Notes under the pieces: model-generated | What the model saw: only the letters and a program-made list of their open reading frames with translations | Told to the model about the DNA's origin: nothing | Database searches by the model: none | Shown here: positions 27,178 through 37,316 of the stretch, piece after piece | How the letters are laid out: each line of letters starts with the position of its first letter | How positions within the stretch are numbered: position 1 is the stretch's first letter | Position numbers and translations under genes: made by a program | Assembly (NCBI GenBank): GCA_046484745.1 | Contig: JAWOIJ010000058.1 | Location: 3,937 to 67,936 of the forward strand | Source of the DNA: Desulfobacterales bacterium | Lineage (GTDB): Bacteria; Desulfobacterota; Desulfobacteria; Desulfobacterales; SURF-7 | Direction of reading: 5' to 3' | Length of the DNA stretch: 64,000 bases

Positions 27178-27581
27178 TCAGGGTAGTGGTTGATACAAAT
27201 ATTTTCATATCTTCTTTCTTTGGCGGCAATCCACGAAAAATCATTGATTTATGGAAATCCGGCCAAATTGTTATCTGCCTTTCTCGACCCATTATTGACG
27301 AATATGTTGATGTGCTCAGACGTATGGGACTGCAGAATGAGCGTGAGCTGGAAGAGTTGTTGAGCCTCTTTGCACATGGCTTTAATGTATTATTCACTGC
27401 AAAAACTCCAAATTTAAGCGTTGTTGAAAAAGACCCTGATGATGACAAATTCATTGAGTGTGCAGTGGCATTAAATTCAAAATTTATTATTTCCGGAGAC
27501 AAATCTTTACAGGAAATAAAAGATTATATGGGCATTAAAATACAGAGCCCGAAACAATTTTTTGATGATTATTCGAAGTGA
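27174..27581 (+). CDS. PIN-domain toxin
   Basis: TTG start overlapping the antitoxin stop (TTGA). Acidic PIN residues in VVVDTNIFISS, IIDEY, DPDDDKFIECA and IISGDKSL. Confidence 0.8.
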   Translation: MIRVVVDTNIFISSFFGGNPRKIIDLWKSGQIVICLSRPIIDEYVDVLRRMGLQNERELEELLSLFAHGFNVLFTAKTPNLSVVEKDPDDDKFIECAVALNSKFIISGDKSLQEIKDYMGIKIQSPKQFFDDYSK

Positions 27582-27901
27582 AAACGATAATCCTCTCGAA
27601 CCGGACAAAACGTATCGATGATCCGGCACTCCGTGATGGCCCGGCCGGAATGGGGGACATTGGGTGGGATAACCGCCCCCATGTCAGATGTTAACACGCG
27701 GGTTTCATCCCCTATGGTCAGTTCGAATTTGCCTTCTAAAACATGGGTCACCTGCTCATGCGGATGGGAGTGTGCCGGCAGAGAAGAATCTTTTTCAATT
27801 TCCCAGTGTGCAAAAGTCATGTTTTCCGAATGGATGAAACGGACTTTAAAGCCGGGTACGGGCTCTTTTTCTTCAATATCCTTTAAATTCAAGAATGTCA
27901 T
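27569..27901 (-). CDS. cupin domain protein
   Basis: 110 aa. Cupin His motifs: LPAHSHPHEQVTHVLEG and VIPPNVPHSG. Confidence 0.85.
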   Translation of the reverse strand: MTFLNLKDIEEKEPVPGFKVRFIHSENMTFAHWEIEKDSSLPAHSHPHEQVTHVLEGKFELTIGDETRVLTSDMGAVIPPNVPHSGRAITECRIIDTFCPVREDYRFHFE

Positions 27902-28084
27902 AACGTTACCTGTCCTGTGCTGGATTGAAACGGATGTCCTGCTTTACATTGGGTTTAATTTTTGTTAAGGCGTGGACTTGATTCATGATGATGTGTTTTT
28001 CATATTGTACCCAATATAATTTGGATGGGATTTATTGCAACAGAAAAATTTGTATACCGGTGCGACAGATATGAAGGGGTTTGT

Positions 28085-29581
28085 ATGATCGATGATATCA
28101 CGGCTGAAAAATACCAGCGAAGAAAGAAAATTCAGATTGCAAACACCATTTTAGTGCTGATTGCATATCTGTTTACGCAGGCAGCCAGTCTGCTTGCCAA
28201 ATTAACGGGGTTAAGCAGTATCACCTATTCTGAGATTTTTCTGTGCCTTTTTCTTTCCGTGGGAGCCACTTTGATCTTCCTAACCATCATTTATCTAATG
28301 AAGGAGATCACGAAGAAAAATTCGGACCTGTTTTATTTTTCACAATTCGGATGCTGGATGATTGTATATGTCATATGGATAGTTTTGCTGCATGAGGCGA
28401 GAATGGCGGGTTTGTTTTTTATGGTATTTGCGCTTCTTTTTCTTTTGATCAGCTCAACCCTGAAGTGGTCCCTGCTGATTTCAGCAACCGTATTGGTACT
28501 GCATGTATCTGCTTCCTATTTTGGAATATTCTATTTAAATCAGAAAGGCTCGATGCAGCATGAGCTGTTTTATGTTTATTGCGCCATACCGCCGGTGTTG
28601 TTTATTTGCTTTTTATCCGGACGTTTCAGCAAACAGAAAGATGCAATTGTTCAAGCCAAGAAGGCGGCTGAAAAAAATCGGGATGTACTCAAGGCTGTAC
28701 TCATCGATATCGGAACAAAATGCGAAATGCTTAATTCTGCGTCGAATGAGCTCCTTAACCTTTCGAGCAGCATGAGCGGGAGAACAAATGAGATTGCCAG
28801 AAGGTCCACAGATGTTGCTTCTGCATCGGAAGAAATGAGTATAAATATCAATTCCGTGGCTGCTGCCATGAATCAGACTTCCCAGACCATCAGCACGTTG
28901 GCGGCATCTTCGGAAGAAATGAACTCAACGGTAAATGAGATAGCTCAGAATTCAAAAAAGGCAATGGAAACGTCCAACAAGGCGGTAAGCCAATCGAAAA
29001 TCGTCTCTGAAAAAGTGGATAGACTTGCTGAGGCAGCTAAGGAAATCGGGAAAATTACGGAAGTGATTTCCGAAATTTCAGATCAAACCAATCTTCTTGC
29101 GCTCAACGCTACCATAGAGGCTGCACGGGCCGGTGAATCCGGAAGAGGGTTTGCGGTCGTTGCCAATGAAATCAAGGAACTGGCAAAGCAGACAGCCCAG
29201 GCGACCTTACAGATTAAGGAACAAATTCAAAAGATTCAGAATACAACATCCCTGACCGCGGATGAAATTTCACAGATCATAACCATTATCAATGAGGTCA
29301 ATGATATTGTAGCTTCAATTACAGAAGCAATCGGCGAACAGGCCCAGGCCATACAGGAGATTTCAAGTAATGTCGCCTATACCTCAACGGGGATAGAGGA
29401 GGTGAATGAAAACGTGGCAAACACCTCCTTGTTTGCGGATAAAATAGCGAAAGACATCGCTGAGGTGAACACGGATGTCGGGATGATATCGGATAGCAGT
29501 TCAATGGTCAACAATAGCGCGGAAGAGCTTTTAAACCTCGCAAACAAGCTTAGAGAAATGTCAGCCGGGCTTTCCGATTAA
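28085..29581 (+). CDS. methyl-accepting chemotaxis protein with a six-TM N-terminal module
   Basis: The ORF is open from 28025. ATG 28085 has GAAGGGG upstream. Six hydrophobic segments are followed directly by the MCP signalling domain ([34 protein letters not shown]). Confidence 0.88.
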   Translation: MIDDITAEKYQRRKKIQIANTILVLIAYLFTQAASLLAKLTGLSSITYSEIFLCLFLSVGATLIFLTIIYLMKEITKKNSDLFYFSQFGCWMIVYVIWIVLLHEARMAGLFFMVFALLFLLISSTLKWSLLISATVLVLHVSASYFGIFYLNQKGSMQHELFYVYCAIPPVLFICFLSGRFSKQKDAIVQAKKAAEKNRDVLKAVLIDIGTKCEMLNSASNELLNLSSSMSGRTNEIARRSTDVASASEEMSININSVAAAMNQTSQTISTLAASSEEMNSTVNEIAQNSKKAMETSNKAVSQSKIVSEKVDRLAEAAKEIGKITEVISEISDQTNLLALNATIEAARAGESGRGFAVVANEIKELAKQTAQATLQIKEQIQKIQNTTSLTADEISQIITIINEVNDIVASITEAIGEQAQAIQEISSNVAYTSTGIEEVNENVANTSLFADKIAKDIAEVNTDVGMISDSSSMVNNSAEELLNLANKLREMSAGLSD

Positions 29582-29611
29582 AAAACGGAACCGACCATTT
29601 GTGAGCATGGA

Positions 29612-31099
29612 TCAGGCGGCCGTCGAAACGTTTTTAATCCCTCTTAGGGCATTCTCGGTATTCTTATAAACCGGAATTCCTTTTGACTGGTATCGCTCCC
29701 GCAGCTCCCGCAATATGGATTCAACTTTCGCGTCTTCGATACGGCAGGTTCTGTTTTCCAGAACCAGTGCGATATCTTTACCGGTTTCCTCTTTGAGGGC
29801 AAGAAGTGTTTCCAGAAGTCCTTTAAGGTAATCCCCTCCGGATATGGGCGGTAACCCTGCCATCTCCATAAAGGCCGGCATAACAATCTCAAGCGGATGA
29901 AGAAGCATGATTAACACCAGGATATCGATCGGCTCGTGAAGTAAAATTTCTTTGACGCATCCCTTGACGGAATCCAGCGGCAGCGCAGGCGTTCCGGTGT
30001 CCAATGGATTCAGGACACTGTTGCCGGGTGCCGGGAAAAACCGTTTCAGTGCCTTTTGAGTTTCTTTGCTGAACGTCGGTATTTCAAGTCCCCATCGAAA
30101 GGCAAGATCGGAGCTGAAAACACCGATCGCCCCTCCTCCGCCCGCAAGGGCGATCCGACTGCCTCTGCTTTTTATGTATGTAAGCGCCATCAGGGTATCG
30201 ATCATTTCATCAATACCCTCAACAAGGATGGCTTTTGCCTGTTTAAGAGCGCAGCGCCAGATTGTTGTCTCACCACCCAGTGAACCGGTATGGCTCAGGG
30301 CAGCCCTGGCTCCAAGAGGCGTCAACCCGCCCTTCCAGATAACCAGTGGTTTTTTCGGGGTTATCTTGCGGATGGCCTCGAAAAATGAACGCCCGTCATT
30401 CACCCCTTCAATATAAGCGGCAATGTAAGCGGTGTCCGGATCATCTTCAAGGTATTCCAGAAGCTCTGCGGCACCCAACCCGCAGCCGTTTCCAAAAGAG
30501 ATGATTTTACTGATGCCGAGCCCGGCCAAACGCGCTTCATGTCCAAAATCATTTGCGACGCCTCCGCTTTGCGATATCATGGCAACAGGTCCCGGGGTTT
30601 TTGAAAAATCGAATGCGGGAAGGAGTGTTATCCCTCCTTTGGGTGAGTGGAGGCCAAAGCAATTGGGACCGACGATCGCAAGCCCTTTTCCGGCTATCTT
30701 TTCAATCTCTTCCTGGAGAGTCCGTCCCTTCTTTTCACCGGTTTCCGAAAAGCCGGAGCTATGAATTTCCGCCCCGGCAACTCCATGTTCCAGACAATGC
30801 TGCAGCACCTCCGGAACGGCAGCAGCAGGAACGGATACAGAGGCCAGATCGACAGGCCCTTCAACCTCAGCGAGGCTTTTATAGATTTTCAGGCCTGCAA
30901 CCTCTCCTCCTTTTCGCGAGATGGGATATATTTTTCCCTGATATCCATATTTGATGTGACTAAGAACCATTGAGTTGCCAAAAGCACCCAGTGTACCGAC
31001 GCTTCCGAATATCGCAAACCCTCTGGGATTGAACATCCGATCCAGCCTTTTACGTTTTTCCATGTCCATACGCTGCTCAGCCTGTTTTACTCGAATCAT
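29612..31099 (-). CDS. ADP-forming acyl-CoA synthetase alpha-type subunit (second copy)
   Basis: 495 aa. CoA-binding N-terminus: FAIFGS...GKIYPIS...VDLASVSVPA, IVGPNCFG, MISQSGG, and phosphohistidine-type loop ALSHTGSLGG. Confidence 0.85.
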   Translation of the reverse strand: MIRVKQAEQRMDMEKRKRLDRMFNPRGFAIFGSVGTLGAFGNSMVLSHIKYGYQGKIYPISRKGGEVAGLKIYKSLAEVEGPVDLASVSVPAAAVPEVLQHCLEHGVAGAEIHSSGFSETGEKKGRTLQEEIEKIAGKGLAIVGPNCFGLHSPKGGITLLPAFDFSKTPGPVAMISQSGGVANDFGHEARLAGLGISKIISFGNGCGLGAAELLEYLEDDPDTAYIAAYIEGVNDGRSFFEAIRKITPKKPLVIWKGGLTPLGARAALSHTGSLGGETTIWRCALKQAKAILVEGIDEMIDTLMALTYIKSRGSRIALAGGGGAIGVFSSDLAFRWGLEIPTFSKETQKALKRFFPAPGNSVLNPLDTGTPALPLDSVKGCVKEILLHEPIDILVLIMLLHPLEIVMPAFMEMAGLPPISGGDYLKGLLETLLALKEETGKDIALVLENRTCRIEDAKVESILRELRERYQSKGIPVYKNTENALRGIKNVSTAA

Positions 31100-31107
31100 C
31101 CGGCTTG

Positions 31108-31800
31108 TTATTTCTGATTTTTCAAAATGATTGACGCATCAACCGCAATTGGTTTTCCTTCAGATATGATGAGTGGATTGATATCGATTTCCTGCACCAT
31201 ATCGTGATCGATCCCAATTTTTCCGACAGCAGTGATAATATCGGCAAGCAGATCACGGTCTACCGGCCGCATTCCGCGAAAGGAATCCAGTATTTTTTTT
31301 CCGCGTATATCCTCCATGAGATCCAGCGCGTCGCCTCGGCTGACAGGCGCCACGCGAAAGGAAACATCCTTCAGCACTTCGGTAAATATTCCGCCGAGGC
31401 CGAACATGACACAAGGACCGAACTGAGGATCGCGGACAAGGCCGACGACTAGTTCTCGCTTGCCTTTGATCATCTCCTGGGCCAGTACATCCCCTCCTGT
31501 CGCTTTCATCCCATCCACGATAACATCATAGGCCGCTTTTGCTTCATCCAGATTCGTGATCCCGGTGTGAACAAGGCCCTGTTCTGTTTTATGGATAATT
31601 TCCGAAGAGCACGCTTTTAAAACCATCGGGTATCCGATTTTTTTGACCGCCTCTTGAAGGTCCCCGGCATCACGTACAATCATTTCATGGGTTACGGGAA
31701 TGTTGTAAGAAGCGAGAACCTTTTTGGATTCATATTCCGAAAGGTTTCTTCCACCATCTTGTAAGAGAGTTGTTAAGGTTGACATGGTAAAATCCTTCAT
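31108..31800 (-). CDS. ADP-forming acyl-CoA synthetase beta subunit (ATP-grasp)
   Basis: 230 aa. Motifs: EYESKKVLASYNIPV, YPMVLKA, and VMFGLGGIFTEVLKDVSFRVAP, typical of the ATP-grasp subunit. Confidence 0.85.
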   Translation of the reverse strand: MKDFTMSTLTTLLQDGGRNLSEYESKKVLASYNIPVTHEMIVRDAGDLQEAVKKIGYPMVLKACSSEIIHKTEQGLVHTGITNLDEAKAAYDVIVDGMKATGGDVLAQEMIKGKRELVVGLVRDPQFGPCVMFGLGGIFTEVLKDVSFRVAPVSRGDALDLMEDIRGKKILDSFRGMRPVDRDLLADIITAVGKIGIDHDMVQEIDINPLIISEGKPIAVDASIILKNQK

Positions 31801-31830
31801 CGTTTTAAAAATAAAAAGAGCTCCAATGCT

Positions 31831-33240
31831 CTAGGATGGCTTTTTCATACGTTGAAGCCAGCAGTGATATCGAATCAGTTTGGCATAGCTTTTCATAGCG
31901 CGTTCGGCAGATTCAAAAAAAGGAATTCCGGCATTGCAGAAAGTGTCTGCGAATTCAGAATTCATACCCGGAACATTTACAATCATAAAAGGTTTGTTGA
32001 ATTCTTTGCGCGCCTGAATGATTGCATCTGTATATTGTTTGTTTGTTTCATCAGAAAATCCAACACCAATCATGGTGATGATGTCAACATCAGGATCAGC
32101 CGCCACAGTGCGAGCAGCTTCTATGTAGATATCCATGTCAAGGGAGGCTGTCAGTCCGACATCTACAGGGTTTTTTAGGCTTGTTCCGGTATCCGGAACA
32201 AATTTCGCCAGGATCTCGCGTGTTTCCGGCAGAAGTTCAGCCAGTTTCAACGATTCTCGTCCACAGGCCTCGGCCGCAGATACGGCAAGGCCTCCAGGAC
32301 CGGAAATGATTGCAACCCGATTGCCGGGATCACGTGGCAGAAGCGAAAAAGCCATGAGAGTATCAACCCAATCTTCTATTCCTGCAACCGGAACAGCGCC
32401 TCCCTGTTTTGCGATTCCTTCCCAAATATCCACGGCCCCTGTCAATGCACCGGTATGGGATACGGCAGCCTGACTTCCCTCGGGTGTCAGGCCGACTTTC
32501 CAGATCACCACAGGCTTTTCAAATGAGGCATTTCTGAGCGCGTTGAAAAAGCGGGAACCCTCTTTTATCCCTTCCAGATATGCCCCGATAACCCGCGTGT
32601 CCGTATCTTTTCCCAGATATTCCAGGAAATCGGCACTGTTCAGGTCGCATTCGTTCCCCAGGCTCACAACCTTGCTGAAACAGATACCTTTTTTTGGGGC
32701 GACATATCCTAAAATATTGGTCAAGGAACCGCTGTGAGAAATGATTCCAACGGTTCCGGGTTCTTTTGAAAGCTGCGGGAAAAAGGAGATTTTTGTTTTC
32801 GGAGAATATAAACCCATTCCGTTTGGCCCGATAATTCTCATACCTGCGGACTGCGCAATACGAACAATCTCCTGCTCTCGGTCATTGCCCTCATTTGTTC
32901 CGGTCTCTTTATAACCGGCTGTAAACAATACAATCCCTTTCACCCCCTTTTCCGCGCATTCCCGGATGACAGGCAGGGTGATTTTATGCGGGGTAAGGAT
33001 GATGGCCAGATCCACAGGATCTGGAATTGAAGATACGCTCGGATATGATTTCAGGCCGTCTATCTCTTCCGCGCCTGGATTGACGGGGTAGATTTTCCCG
33101 GGGTATCCCTGGTCAAGAAGAGCCAGAAGAAACAGTTTCCCGGCTTTCAACCCTCTCGGTAATCCCACAATGGCAATGGATCGCGGATTAAAAAGGGAGT
33201 TGATCTGGGATATTAGGGCGTCCTGCGGGATTCTCATCAT
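31831..33240 (-). CDS. ADP-forming acyl-CoA synthetase alpha-type subunit (first copy)
   Basis: 469 aa. Motifs: IAIVGL...GKIYPVNP...VDLAIILTP, IIGPNGMG, IISHSGS, AVSHTGALTG. Confidence 0.88.
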   Translation of the reverse strand: MMRIPQDALISQINSLFNPRSIAIVGLPRGLKAGKLFLLALLDQGYPGKIYPVNPGAEEIDGLKSYPSVSSIPDPVDLAIILTPHKITLPVIRECAEKGVKGIVLFTAGYKETGTNEGNDREQEIVRIAQSAGMRIIGPNGMGLYSPKTKISFFPQLSKEPGTVGIISHSGSLTNILGYVAPKKGICFSKVVSLGNECDLNSADFLEYLGKDTDTRVIGAYLEGIKEGSRFFNALRNASFEKPVVIWKVGLTPEGSQAAVSHTGALTGAVDIWEGIAKQGGAVPVAGIEDWVDTLMAFSLLPRDPGNRVAIISGPGGLAVSAAEACGRESLKLAELLPETREILAKFVPDTGTSLKNPVDVGLTASLDMDIYIEAARTVAADPDVDIITMIGVGFSDETNKQYTDAIIQARKEFNKPFMIVNVPGMNSEFADTFCNAGIPFFESAERAMKSYAKLIRYHCWLQRMKKPS

Positions 33241-33693
33241 TATTCCTTATAAAATTCAATATGCTATCAAGAGTTTTTATCGGCTGAAAGGATACCTACT
33301 ATATTGAAACGCTTTTGAAAGCAATAATTAATCTCGGGAAGACAGGGATTGAAAAAGATTCCGTCCGCATTGCGCATAAAAAAAAACGATATTATGTGCA
33401 ATTTTATGTTTACATACACTCTATATTGTAATAGAGGCATACATAAATCAAGGTATCCAAATAAAATTATTTTTCCAAAATCCATATGAATTTATGATAC
33501 CGGAACGCTTGATGATAAAAATACCTTTTGAAAAGAATCAGATCACAGTGTCTTGGCATGTTGTCTGTTTCGTACTTCTTCAACGCCGAAAGAACAGTAG
33601 CGCATTATAAAAAAAGCAAATATTCTGGCACCAGGGCTTTCTGAAGCGGTTTTATCCACATCAGGATGAATAATGGGAAAGGAGGACGCAATC

Positions 33694-34116
33694 ATGAAAA
33701 AGCTTCTGTATTTGCTGCTTATCGTTGTTATTTTTTTCGGTTTTTCAGGCACGGGAGCATTTGCCGATGTCGCGGTTATCGCAAACAAGAACATTCCTGA
33801 AAACAGTCTGAGCAATTCCGAGATCAAAAAGATTTCTCTTGGTAAAATTGTAAAATGGCCGGATAACACGCCGGTTCATTTTGTCACACTTGAAGGGGAT
33901 ATTCATCGGGAATTTCTGAAAACATATATCAAAAGAAGCACTTCACAATACAAAAATCACTGGAGAAAGATGATTTTTACCGGCAAAGGGTGTGAGCCCA
34001 AATGCTTCAAGACAGAAGCTGAACTCATACAGTATGTATCCCAGACCGATGGCGCTATCGGTTATATTGGTCAAAGAACCGGGACTGAGAATGTGAAAGT
34101 CCTTGAAGTATATTAG
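33694..34116 (+). CDS. small secreted PstS/PBP-like substrate-binding domain protein
   Basis: MKKLLYLLLIVVIFFGFSGTGAFA signal peptide with a GGAGG RBS. The ISLGKIVKWPD and DGAIGYIG motifs resemble the phosphate-binding-protein family. Confidence 0.65.
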   Translation: MKKLLYLLLIVVIFFGFSGTGAFADVAVIANKNIPENSLSNSEIKKISLGKIVKWPDNTPVHFVTLEGDIHREFLKTYIKRSTSQYKNHWRKMIFTGKGCEPKCFKTEAELIQYVSQTDGAIGYIGQRTGTENVKVLEVY

Positions 34117-34364
34117 TGAAGAAGTCTGCTGTGTGAAAAACAGGTATCATCCTGTTTCCGGATACCCATGCATGCGTCCGTACATGGATATTCATTAAAC
34201 ATCCTTATTTTTTGGAAATCATTCCAGGAAACCGGTTTTCAGTGATTTTATCTTTTCCCCAGCGTGAGCTTTTCAACAGATAACCGTTTTTTCTCCCATA
34301 AAATTAATCAGGCCGCTTGCTATAAGAAGATCTAATGTTTTAAAAAACCACAGGAGAATGAAAA

Positions 34365-35168
34365 ATGGCCCTTATTTACGAAAAAAAAAAGAATATTGCC
34401 TATCTGACCCTCAATCGTCCCGAAGCGCATAATGCAATAGATCCTGAAACCGTTCTTGAGCTTCTGGATGCATGGAAGGATTACCGTGATGACAGCAGTA
34501 TGCGTTGCGCTGTCATTAGTGGAACAGGTGATAAAACTTTTTGTGCCGGTGCTGATCTGGAAAAGCTGATTCCGCTGTTCACCGGGGCAAGAAAACCGGA
34601 AACAGATGCAGATCAAAAGGTTCAACAAAATCCGCTTCTCGCGCAACAAGCTTTATTAAGAGACTTTCAGCTTTATAAGCCGGTAATCGCTGCGGTTAAC
34701 GGGCATGCCATTGCAGGTGGACTGGAACTTCTTTATTCAACCGACATAAGGATTGCAAGTGAGAATGCACGATTCGGCCTGCAGGAAGTCAAGTGGGCTA
34801 TTTTTCCCATGGGCGGATCAAGCGTCAAACTTCCCAGGCAGATTCCATATGCAAAGGCCATGGAGATACTGCTCACCGGAGAGCTCATTGATGCCCATGA
34901 AGCATATCGTCTTGGATTTATAAACCGGGTATTGCCTCAGGATAAGGTCATGGAAGAGGCGGAAAGAATCGCCGGGATTATTGCAGAAAACGGTCCCATG
35001 GCTGTTACCGCTGTCAAGCAGGCTGTCCTGTCAAACATAGGACTTACTCTACATGAGGGGCTTGCCAAGGAGATGGAGATCGCGATACCTGTTTTTATGA
35101 GCGAGGATGTAAAAGAGGGGCCAAGGGCTTTTAAAGAAAAACGAAAACCTGTATTCAAGGGGAAGTAA
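34365..35168 (+). CDS. enoyl-CoA hydratase/isomerase (crotonase family)
   Basis: 267 aa. Motifs: LTLNRPEAHNA, FCAGADL, AAVNGHAIAGGLELLYSTDIRIA, KEGPRAFKEKRKP. Confidence 0.92.
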   Translation: MALIYEKKKNIAYLTLNRPEAHNAIDPETVLELLDAWKDYRDDSSMRCAVISGTGDKTFCAGADLEKLIPLFTGARKPETDADQKVQQNPLLAQQALLRDFQLYKPVIAAVNGHAIAGGLELLYSTDIRIASENARFGLQEVKWAIFPMGGSSVKLPRQIPYAKAMEILLTGELIDAHEAYRLGFINRVLPQDKVMEEAERIAGIIAENGPMAVTAVKQAVLSNIGLTLHEGLAKEMEIAIPVFMSEDVKEGPRAFKEKRKPVFKGK

Positions 35169-35331
35169 CCATTCATCCGGATAGCAAAGGACGTTATGGT
35201 ACACGCAACGCCCTGAAAGCAGGACCACCGGCAGTGCAATTGTTTGCGTTTTGAGGATTCCGCTGCAGGACGGCAGGTTTAAAAACCAAAACAGACAGAG
35301 CGGTTATCTTTAAAAATTATGGGAGTTCGTC

Positions 35332-37002
35332 ATGAAACTTCGAACCTGTGTGACGCCTGATGGCCGATTTATCTATGGTGTTCACAAGCCCTCTTTTACA
35401 GTCAGGAATCTGAGGGAGAATGATTTTCTAACCATGTTGGGAGTATTTCCTGACGGAAGCGGACATGTAAATCATAACAATTTCCCAAAGGGAGATGTAA
35501 ATGAACCCCGGGCGGACTGGATCTATGAAATTCCAAATCCTTTTCCATTTAAAGGCACCACCTATATCGCAAAGAGCTGGGCAGAGAAAAAGGCGGAAAA
35601 CCCTTCATCGATTTTTCTGCCGAAACCCCCATCGGTTTCTTTTTCAGATTTTCTGAAAAATCAATTTGATTCAAGATCCTTGCAGGAAAAAACAGATAAG
35701 GCGTTTGCAGCGCTGCCGGAACCGATACTCCTGGCATTGGCGGAAACATCCACTGACCCGGCGGATCTGGTTCGCATTGCAGCGCTGTGTTGTGAGTTTG
35801 TTCGTAACCCTGAAACCGGAAAGCCGGAGGGCCTTGTTTATCAGCGGAATGACAAGGGTGCTGTCAGAGCTGACGTAAAGAACCACGATCTTTTCGAGGT
35901 TCTGGTGAACAATATCCATCTTCCGGATGAATATAAGAGGGCGATGGTTTTAAAACCCGGTGTCCAGGGGGAAAGTGAGATTGTCGGAGAGTGGACAGGA
36001 AACGGAACCGGTGCCCATGTGTTTGAATACCTCAGGCGAAACAGCTACATTCCCTGGGGGCATTATGCTTCAAATATGGCCGATGATTCAATAAGATACC
36101 AGATCAAGGAGTTGTCACTTGAGGATATAACAGGGCTCAGGCATATTTACTACCAGAGGACCTATACGCGCATGGCGGAACAGCTTGATATCCCTGTTCC
36201 ACAAAGGAGAAAAGCAATTCCTCATGAGGATCTTGAGGCGCTGCGCATGGAAATCAACAGAGCGCTTTCAAAAAAAGCTGCCAGTTTCCGCCTTGACTTT
36301 AATGCTTCGTTGTGGGGCTGGAATTATGGTTTTGACTTTGCGCCGAGCAAATACCGGCTTCACGCGTCGCACCAGCAGATTCATCAGCAGTTTGCAATGG
36401 TTCCTTCCAAGGTTTATGCTGAAAAGAGCGAAGCAGGTTTGAAAGAAATATCAGGGGAGCTTCTATCATATTCCTGCGGGGATCTGATACATGATTTTAT
36501 CATGGAGTATCATCGTCAGACAGGCAGTTCTTTTTTCAAGGATTATCTCCGCGCCATACGATCCAACCATCGCATGGATGGAAGAGATGACCACGATTCA
36601 AGCCTGATCGTTTTTGAGGATGAACATGTGGTTCTTTTTGTCCCCAAATCTCAGACATCTCAATGGGAACTCCAACTCATGCCGATCGAACCTGTTGGGA
36701 ACATCCTGGAAACGGATTCAAAGGTGAGGACCAGTTTGGATCGGGGCATGCTGATCGCGATGAAAATACTGACGGGAATGGGGGCAAGAATGATTACAGC
36801 GATAGAGTGCGCAAAACGGTTTGATATGCCGGAAAGCGGCCAGCATGTTTTGTATTGCTTTCTGCCGAAACTCCCTGAATCGCCCGGCGCTTTCAGTGAA
36901 GCCCAACTGAGGTGGATCAACGGCCATTATCCGGAAGATTTTGCGATCACCTGCAGGTTGAAATTTTCCCAGTCCGCTGAATCCTTTCTTGATCCGACAT
37001 GA
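35332..37002 (+). CDS. hypothetical protein with a GalT/HIT-like nucleotidyltransferase C-terminal half
   Basis: 556 aa. HVVLFVPKSQTSQWELQLMP resembles the GalT second-half motif (VPYWAAWPFETLLLP in E. coli). His-rich LHASHQQIHQQ lies near the expected active-site loop. The N-terminal ~300 aa are unrecognised. Confidence 0.5.
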   Translation: MKLRTCVTPDGRFIYGVHKPSFTVRNLRENDFLTMLGVFPDGSGHVNHNNFPKGDVNEPRADWIYEIPNPFPFKGTTYIAKSWAEKKAENPSSIFLPKPPSVSFSDFLKNQFDSRSLQEKTDKAFAALPEPILLALAETSTDPADLVRIAALCCEFVRNPETGKPEGLVYQRNDKGAVRADVKNHDLFEVLVNNIHLPDEYKRAMVLKPGVQGESEIVGEWTGNGTGAHVFEYLRRNSYIPWGHYASNMADDSIRYQIKELSLEDITGLRHIYYQRTYTRMAEQLDIPVPQRRKAIPHEDLEALRMEINRALSKKAASFRLDFNASLWGWNYGFDFAPSKYRLHASHQQIHQQFAMVPSKVYAEKSEAGLKEISGELLSYSCGDLIHDFIMEYHRQTGSSFFKDYLRAIRSNHRMDGRDDHDSSLIVFEDEHVVLFVPKSQTSQWELQLMPIEPVGNILETDSKVRTSLDRGMLIAMKILTGMGARMITAIECAKRFDMPESGQHVLYCFLPKLPESPGAFSEAQLRWINGHYPEDFAITCRLKFSQSAESFLDPT

Positions 37003-37316
37003 TTCGACCAGGCATCCATATCATAATGCATTTTGCAGTACCGGGTATCGCGGCCAGAGTCTTTTATAAAGAAAGATGGAAAAGCTCATGGCTTGTAATG
37101 GTTTCAACCCTTGTCATCGACCTGGACCATCTGTTCGCTACTCCTGTCTTTGATCCCAACCGCTGCAGTATCGGATTCCATCCGCTTCATTCCTATTATG
37201 CACTCTGCTTTTACCTGATCATGCTATCCGTGCCGAAATTACGGGTTGTCAGTGTCGGACTGTTGCTTCACCTGCTTCTGGATGCCGTTGACTGCTGCCT
37301 GATGAAGTGGTTTTAA
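36999..37316 (+). CDS. DUF6122-like small membrane protein
   Basis: 105 aa. LVIDLDHLFATPVFDPNRCSIGFHPLHSY matches my memory of DUF6122. ATGA overlap with the upstream stop. Confidence 0.65.
   Translation: MIRPGIHIIMHFAVPGIAARVFYKERWKSSWLVMVSTLVIDLDHLFATPVFDPNRCSIGFHPLHSYYALCFYLIMLSVPKLRVVSVGLLLHLLLDAVDCCLMKWF

Noticed and set aside
33626-33645. TGGCAC motif upstream of the PBP-like gene, considered as a second sigma-54 promoter
   Set aside because: Ten nucleotides after the GG the sequence is TT (context CTTTCT), not the required GC of the -12 element. I also found no upstream repeat structure.
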